DNA of 60,083 nucleotides, counting the filler, from Dugesia japonica (lineage: Eukaryota): assembly GCA_001938525.1 (NCBI GenBank). It is 4 parts of 4 records of this genome, joined end to end, with 100 filler letters (N's around TTAATTAATTAA, not from the genome) between each part and the next. Parts side by side here need not be neighbours in the genome. Positions count along the whole stretch, not along the records: positions 48,080 to 60,083 come from MQRL01582294.1; 3 more parts are not named here. One strand, 5' to 3'. Under the pieces are notes generated by a model. It saw only the letters and a list, made by a program, of their open reading frames with translations, searched no databases and was not told the DNA's origin. The position numbers and the translations under genes are program-made. Within the stretch, counting starts at the first letter, position 1. The number at the start of each line of letters is the position of its first letter. Positions 52,640 through 60,083 of the stretch are shown here, piece by piece.

Positions 52640-53812
52640 AGTATGCTGGAAAACCTAAATTATCGCTTTTTGACCACAATATACCCCAGGTTGTTGTTGA
52701 AAGCTCTACATTTGAAGAAATATACCCAAAGGATTATATAACTGGATATGCTGGACAATAAATTGAATTCCATATTATTAATTCGGATAAGGATAACTTG
52801 GATTTGAATGATACGTTGCTCATTATTAAATTAAAAACGGTAAAACATGATGAAACGGATTTTGCATTAACTGAATCTACCAATATGATTCCTTCCAATT
52901 ATTTGCTTCACACTCTATTCAAAGAAACATCATTAACACTAAATAATGTAAAGGTTGAAGATACAAATGATACGTATATGCAAAAGGCAGTAATTGAAGC
53001 AGCATTGAATTTTGAATCGGATACAAAAAACCTTTTTCTTGAAGCTACTGGTTATCATAAAGAGGATGATAAAAGAAAAGGTTGGATTAAAGTGTTTGCA
53101 AAGCTAACGCTCTGTGGTGCACTTCCTTTGGATTTCTTTGAACAACCAAAGTACTTGTTGCCGTGAGTCAATGTGACAATCAAATTGACGAGAAATGTGT
53201 GTTCAGTAATTTACAAATATACTAAAGACACTGCAGAAAAAGTTGAGATGAATGCACAACCATGCATTATAAAGTAAATTTAGTAGTGCGACGTGTTTGT
53301 GTTGATCAGTCAGTCAAGGATTGGAACATCAAAATGCAATTTACCCTTTCCAGAAAAGAAAAATCGTACATTTTACAATTCCAAAAGCCTCACATGGGGA
53401 ATTGCTTTCCAATCATCAAAGCAAGCCAGTGGTGATTACGGTTCATTGTGTTCTACATTCTCAAATTTTGATGTAAAGTCGATATGTTTGTCGAGAAACG
53501 TTGATTATCGAGAAACATATTCTACTGACTTTGATACTGACTATACCGAGGCATATGTGTAATCGATTATTCGGAATATGAGTCTGTTAAATGTAGATTA
53601 AAACAATGGTATTATAATAAAAGAATTCTAAACATTCGTATACATTTTTCACCTTTGTGTTGGCTCCTGACTTTCGAGTTGATCAAACGCAATTACCAAA
53701 CACCGGAAATCTCAAGTTGGATATGCGATTCCATAAAGCCTTGACGGAATCAAAGACCATGCATGCATATTAGGAAAATCAAATTACCAAAAAAATGGAG
53801 TAGTTGTTTAAA
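52640..53812 (+). pseudogene. Polinton major capsid protein (double jelly-roll)
   Basis: LSLFD..PQVVVE...IYP, LDLNDTLL.IKLK, NYLLHTLFK, DFFEQPKYLLP*VNVTIKLTRN, GNLKLDMRF. Confidence 0.8.
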
Positions 53813-53874
53813 CAATACATGTATATGCGTATTGCAAAGCATGAAGTATATATTGATCTTTATATAAAGAGAAT

Positions 53875-54185
53875 TTATTAATTGATAGTACTTTTCAGAT
53901 TAAAACTATACTGAAACGTGATTTAGACAGAAGGAGATTTAAAGGAGTGCATCCACTGGAACGATTACTGGACTTTATACAAAACGGATGCTATGTAATT
54001 AATATACATACCGCAAATTTGGATGGGAAGCATTGGATTTCTATTCATGTCAAACTAAATATTATTCGTGTATTTTAACCGATGGGTATGTTTTAACGTG
54101 TCAACTACAATCAAATCATGTATCAGAATCCATTGACATTTCTATGTATGCAATATTGTATTGAATGGCTCAAAAGCCAGTATAA
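53875..54185 (+). pseudogene. Polinton adenain-like cysteine protease
   Basis: FKGVHP..L, YVINIHTANLDGKHWI, YQNPLTFLCMQYCIEWL. Confidence 0.75.
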
Positions 54186-54234
54186 ACAATGTTAATGTGA
54201 TTATCTATAAAATTTAAAATGTCTTTTAAAATGT

Positions 54235-54690
54235 GTTTTTATTGATTATGAAACCTTTCAGGATAATAATGGTGACTATTTAATTAAAGAATTATGTATG
54301 TGGATAACATCTTTCAACTGTTTTATTACATGCTTGCCATGGCGGAATCAATGGGTAGTTTATCAAAATATGCTCAAACAGCTATTGAGTACTTACAGCT
54401 CTGGCATCATGATCTCAGGTGGATTGATGGAGATTTTAAATTTGATACAATTAAAATTCTCAATGACTTGCAGGCAATTCCTTATGATGCATTATTTTAC
54501 GTGAATGATCAAGTAAATGGAAAGAAAATCAATACTCTCAAATACTTTTTCCGAGTCTTCGAATTATCAATAATAACTCAAATAAGCATCTCCAATTATG
54601 CATACCAGATAATATTTTCTGTCCATATTTTATTCATGGAGATTATTGTTCATATAAAAAATGTTTAAAGCTTTGTGTACATTACCTGTC
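54235..54690 (+). pseudogene. Polinton accessory gene (exonuclease-fold-like)
   Basis: FIDYETFQD...LIKEL ... HHDLRWIDGD, in Polinton context. Confidence 0.4.
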
Positions 54691-54812
54691 ATCATGTAAA
54701 AAAAGTTTTTTATGTATTTTTTATATTAATTATAATATAATTTATAATAATAATGATAATAATAATATTAGAATATTAAGATTCATCAATAAGGCCATGC
54801 TTGAAGTGTGAA

Positions 54813-55081
54813 ACATGAAGGTTCACAAATAAAAATATATGTGATTATTGAAGCTCATCACTAGTTTTAACTCAGAACAGAATAGGTGTGAACGTTTAAT
54901 ATTTACATTAATGTGTAAAAGATTACACATAAAAAACATTTTATGATAACAATCTTTTAATATTGCGATGCGCATTACACCACGCATAAAACAGATTAGA
55001 TGTGAAAAATCTAGATCTCAGGAGCGAAAATTCATTATTTACATTAAGGTATGAAAAAAATATTTAAATTGAGAAAGTTCA
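54813..55081 (-). repeat. Right inverted repeat flanking the Polinton module
   Basis: Reverse complement of 48700-48968. Confidence 0.8.
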
Positions 55082-55869
55082 TTAATAATACGTATGGAAA
55101 CATGAGAAGGAATTGAGATCATGCTTATACAATTGAAAAAAGGGAAAAAATTGTACATGGAGAGAAAATAAAAGATACTGCTATAAAGAAGTATAAAATT
55201 TTGTCACCCTTTGAATACTAAAATGGCGAAGTTCGGACCGTAGTTGAGATTGTCAGATTGTTGAATTATGTATCACCACAATTAGCAATATTGTTATTTA
55301 TAGTAAAAATATGATATATAATAATATAAATGGAATAAAAGAAGATAAAAGTATAGATCAGCAATATGATTTAAAATACAATGTTTCCAAGTTTGTTAAG
55401 AAAGGAATAATTGAAAACAAACCAAATATGATAATGATATAAGCAAAGATGCTGGCAATGAAACATTGATGATAGAAGAAGTAAAGCAGCAAAGTATGAA
55501 TTATGAAAATATGGAAGGTAAATCACGTGTAACGGTTAAGATTTAGGGGAAATGAATTGACTGTTTGTTTGGTACTGCCACAAGAGTTAATGTAAGAAGC
55601 TTGAATATTTTTGAAAGATTAAAATAAGTCAATATAAATAAAATGTGAACATAATTTGAGACGTAGCAATTATTTTCCACTAAAAATTCTAGGCACGATG
55701 AAGATAGAAGTGTAATTTGAAAGTTAAAGTGAGAAAGTTAAGTTTTTTTGACGAGACAGATAAAACTAAAACTAATAGGACTAATAGAACTACAGAAACA
55801 GTTTGGATTTGGACTATCGAGAGTGATTGAGAATAATGATATGTAACTGGGTAATATAAAAGCGAGATA

Positions 55870-56075
55870 TTAACGCTTTTTTATTTATTGGAAACTGTTC
55901 AAAGCAGACTTTTTGTAGATGATGTGAAAAAGTTTCCGAATTGCATTATTCAGATTTCTAATAACAAACGTAGCTGCTCAGGGTCATATCATGGACTTCA
56001 ATATCTAATTATGTTGTTCAAGATAATAATATTGAAAATTGATTTGTCTCAAATATTTGATTTGCTGCGTTGGTA
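55870..56075 (+). pseudogene. Degenerate paralog of the PAN-domain exon
   Basis: DDVKKFPNCIIQISNNKRSC vs YDVKRFPNCIIPIYNNKRNC; same ...TTGATTTGCTG..G|GTAATT donor; has an internal deletion. Confidence 0.8.
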
Positions 56076-56191
56076 ATTATTTAATTTCTTTTTAACATCC
56101 TATTACAAATTCAGTAAAGAATTTACTATAACTATATTCGTAATTACTGTTTAAAAATAATACCAAGATTACTATCAATGATATTTTGGCT

Positions 56192-56689
56192 GGTTCTAGA
56201 ACAACCACTCCCCGGAAAATTTCTTTACGGACAATATCTCCTCAGGGCAATTTCCCCCCGAACAATATCCTGAAAATCATTTAATTATATTATTTCTTTT
56301 CAATTCCAAGTTATAATTATTTCAAATAATTATTTATGATATTAAAACCCAAAAAAAATTATATATTATTAATTAAATATTTAAATATTATTTTTAAATA
56401 TTATTAATTAACAAAAAACTTGCAAAATCTTATTGTTTTAAATTTATTTTTTTTAAATAGTTTACTTGTAAGTTTACTTTTTTATATTTTACTTTCCTCA
56501 AAATTTTAATTATTTTGTCTGGTGAAAATTGTCCTAGACTCATTTTGCTTATTAAATTTGCTAATAAAATTTTTTTTCGGTTTTAATAACATAAATAATT
56601 ATTTGAAATAATTATAACTTGGAATTAAAAATTTTCGGGGTGAAATTGTCCAGGTGGAAATTATCCTGGGGGATATTGTCCTGATACTC
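56192..56689. mobile_element. Non-autonomous DNA transposon (MULE/hAT-like MITE)
   Basis: TTTTGGCT target duplication at 56184-56191 and 56690-56697; inverted internal arms (~56303-56360 / 56570-56625); ACAAT/ATTGTCC subrepeats. Confidence 0.7.
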
Positions 56690-57197
56690 TTTTGGCTAGA
56701 GATCTTAGATTAAAAAACCAATAAATATGTATCAATAATTTGTATCATTATGCAATAAGAATATTCAAAATTTTAAATATAATTTATGAGTGTAAAGATT
56801 ATTTTAATGTGTGATAAACTCTTAAGAAGTAATCAGACCAATCCATTTTTCGAAGAAACTCATAAATTTCGTAGAGAAATGGATTGTATATAATTATTTT
56901 AAACCAAAAATATCGTGATTCATGCCCAGTGAGCCATCTCAAGCAACATCAAATACTGAAACTCATCAAAGGTTATATTGTCAATATGGTATGGTTATAA
57001 GGTAATTGCATATTTTTAACAGTTACCAGTAAACATCTAAAATAGAAAAAAATATTTACTGACAGCAATTAAACAAAAAAAGGATTTTTTGTACAAAATT
57101 AGTATATTATGAAAGCGTTGTTAGTAACACACAATATTGTCAGTCATAAGAGATTTCTTAAGACCCTTAAAAGTTTCGTTTAATTCATCCTTTCATT

Positions 57198-57530
57198 CTA
57201 ATTTTTAATGTTTGGTGGACAAACAACTATTCTAGGATCCTTGATTTTCTTGCGTAATTTTCTATAAACATCCTGTAGTAATAACATATTCCTAAGAAAC
57301 CTCACATAGTTAGATTTGTCAAATGTTTTTATTGCTTCTATTTTAGACAGATAATTTCTAATGTGATCAAGAAATTTAATTTTGCTTTGAAGAAACTGAC
57401 ACTTTTCTGGAATAATTCTTAAATCAGCCTTCATTATTTCCGTCGTTACTGTATCAATTGCTTCATATATGTGATCTTTATTGTTTGTAAATATCAGAAT
57501 TTTATGTAGATATACCATAGCTTCATTAAT
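57198..57530 (-). mobile_element. Gypsy RT remnant
   Basis: MVYLHKILIF (VYLDDILIF), PEKCQFLQSKIKFLDH, SKIEAI. Confidence 0.7.
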
Positions 57531-59126
57531 AGAAAAGGTTTTTTATCTTGATTCTCCAACAGTAGCAATCGAGATATTTAAAAAGAGAAAATAAAAATTG
57601 GAAACAAATTGAACTTTTACTATAAATTTAAAAGTTATAAGACAAAAAATATTACAAAGTTTTTAAAATACCCTGCAAATGAAAATATATATAATTTACT
57701 TTTGCAACACGATTGCAGCACGAATGTAACACGTCTACAATACGTTTGTTTCATAAAATAACGTGCTCACATTAATAAAGCCTGCTCAAACTTTGAAAAG
57801 TATAAAGCATTGCCTGAACATTCAAAATATTAGGACTATTCAAATATTAATCTATCAACATCTTTGTTCAATTCCACCATGATTTTAAAAAATTCAAAAA
57901 AACCACACACCTAGGAAAATATAAACTTACCTTTTTCCTATCAACTCAACCATTTTCTTTCAACCAAAAATAATATCAATTCAAAAATACATTTCTTCTA
58001 TATATACTATTTACAAACCTTTACACTTTATCTACCGAAAATAAATCAATAATTAATCAAAGTAAACGAACATCAATAACATTACTTCTCCAACAACACC
58101 AGATTCATCAAAATCTAACAATTACACCCAACACCAGATATAGTTTAAGAGAAATGCACGATAACTCATTGCCCTGGTTCAGGGCGCAAACAGGTTCATC
58201 ATCTTCTTATGCATTTCACACCATAAGTCATTTAAACCTTGTATAAGTCGAATCCGTGGTCCATCTCAAAAATATCATTAAAACTTCAAAAAAGTGAAAA
58301 TCAAACGCACACACACACCACATTTGACTTTAATTTCGTTTTTTACCATAACTTTCATCACATCAAACACACCACCATAAAAACAACATCATAACGTGCA
58401 CACACACAACCATAACACCAATATCTACCAACAACACTATATCTAAAAAAATGTTTTAAAAAAATCAAAAAAAATTTAAACCATTTAAAAATTAATAAAA
58501 ATCAACATCTCAACAACTGAAAGAAATGACAATAATCGAAAATTTTAATATCTAAAAAACAACAATTTAATTTGATCGAAGCCTCTACTTTATTTCAATG
58601 TAAAATTCAACCATTAATTAAAACAGAAAATATTAAAAAATTTGATCCGATCAAAAATCTGATCATTTCCAAAATCAATAAATCCACGATAACCCATACC
58701 AGATTCATATTCAAGTGCAATGTGTTTTCTCTCGGGTGGTAGAAGTTGTACAGTGCGTTCACATCTACATACTCAAATCCCAATGAACACTTCTCTTAAC
58801 AGAAGTTAATAACAAAAAATACATAAATTAATTTTATAACCGATGAATTAATGCTTTGCATTGTTTCTACTATAAATATATTACATGAAAAAGAATACTC
58901 AATAATAAATCATTTTATTTAATTCGTAAATTAGACACCTTTTAAAGATTAATTACAAGTTTTCATTGCTTATTATTTCATTTATTGTTTTAATTAAATG
59001 GTCTCAATACATATTTTAATTAAATTAAACAAAACACAACTTATCGCCAAATTATTATTGGTTAACCAATTTTATTTGTTGAATAATTAAATTTAAATTC
59101 TTTTCATCATACACAATCAGTTTGCA

Positions 59127-59487
59127 ATGAGATTTTTTCTAAATTTTATTTACGCTTTTTTATTTATCGGAAAATGTTCAACACAGATAGTTACATTTGC
59201 GTATGATGTGAAAAGGTTTCCGAATTGTATCATTCCAATTTACAACAACAAACGTAACTGCACAACGCCATTACAATGGGCTTTGATATCTAATTATTAT
59301 GTTCCGGGTAATAATATTGAAAAGGTTTATTCCACAAATGCGGACTATTGTAAAATCAAATGCATAGCAGATTTGAATTGTTTTGGTTTTGACTTTTACC
59401 AAACAAACGAGTGTTACTTAAATAAATATGTAGTTTCTTTAAGTTATGATGATTCCTTTGAGAATTACTATTTGATTTGCTGTGCCG
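59127..59487 (+). CDS. First coding exon of a secreted PAN/apple-domain host protein
   Basis: Signal peptide MRFFLNFIYAFLFIGKCST, PAN pattern CKIKCIADLNCFGFDF...CYL, splice donor G|GTAATT at 59488. Confidence 0.7.
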
Positions 59488-60083
59488 GTAATTATTATTT
59501 TTTTTTAAAATTATTTTACAAATTCTGAAGAAAATAACTTTTTAATCATTAATAAGTGTAAAAAATTAATTATTGAAAATAGATACCATGGGAGTTAAAG
59601 ATTAATGTAATAGTAAATAAATAAATAGTAAATGATATGTTTTGTATTGTATATTTTTTTTTGTTTAAAATAGTTTAAAATATAATTTTTCAGATGTTTT
59701 AACTTTTTAAATTGTTTTAATTTTGACTTTTCTAAAAATAAATTGTTTTTTAAAAATCGATTATTTACTCTACATTCTAAAGAATTTACATTATTTATTA
59801 TTTTAATAATTTTAAAATTGTATATTTAAATTAAAACAAAAATTTTATTAAATTAAAATCTTTGATCGAATAGTTGTTTTGTTTTTTTCTATTTCTTTTT
59901 TCATTTTCGCTTATTCTCTTCTTCAGAAATTTGGATAACTAACAAAAAAGTAATAAAAAGAAACAAAACAATATTTTGATCGAAGCTTTTAATTTAATGA
60001 AATTTAAAAATTGGTTAAATCAAACAAATATTCTCGCAATAATTGAGATTGTTAATCATTAAATGAACTGAATTAAATTAAAT

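Noticed and set aside
19031-54690. Intein pPolB and the capsid module as one Polinton
   Set aside because: They are separated by three artificial spacers and differ greatly in degree of decay.

Overview
Very AT-rich, repeat-dense eukaryotic DNA. The mix of Gypsy, Penelope, mariner, NeSL-type LINE and Polinton remnants plus a spliced PAN-domain gene suggests an invertebrate such as a planarian (inference only). Three artificial N44-TTAATTAATTAA-N44 spacers split the window into four segments, so adjacency across them is not biological. Most of it is decayed transposons. The standout is a compact ~7 kb element at ~16.3-23.4 kb with four parts: (1) a long imperfect terminal palindrome/hairpin; (2) a tandem-repeat array; (3) two small genes; (4) a ~1430-codon protein-primed family B DNA polymerase (Zn fingers, TP-like region, OTU-like protease, endonuclease VII, exonuclease, polymerase). 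The polymerase carries a 203-aa mini-intein inserted exactly in the catalytic motif C (YSD|TDS). All three genes start at the same TATA-N-AAAATG motif, and no capsid, ATPase or integrase is visible in the element. Elsewhere: a NeSL-like non-LTR retrotransposon with two Ulp1-type protease domains, an intein-free degenerate Polinton pPolB with its terminus, and a Polinton capsid/integrase module bracketed by foreign inverted repeats.
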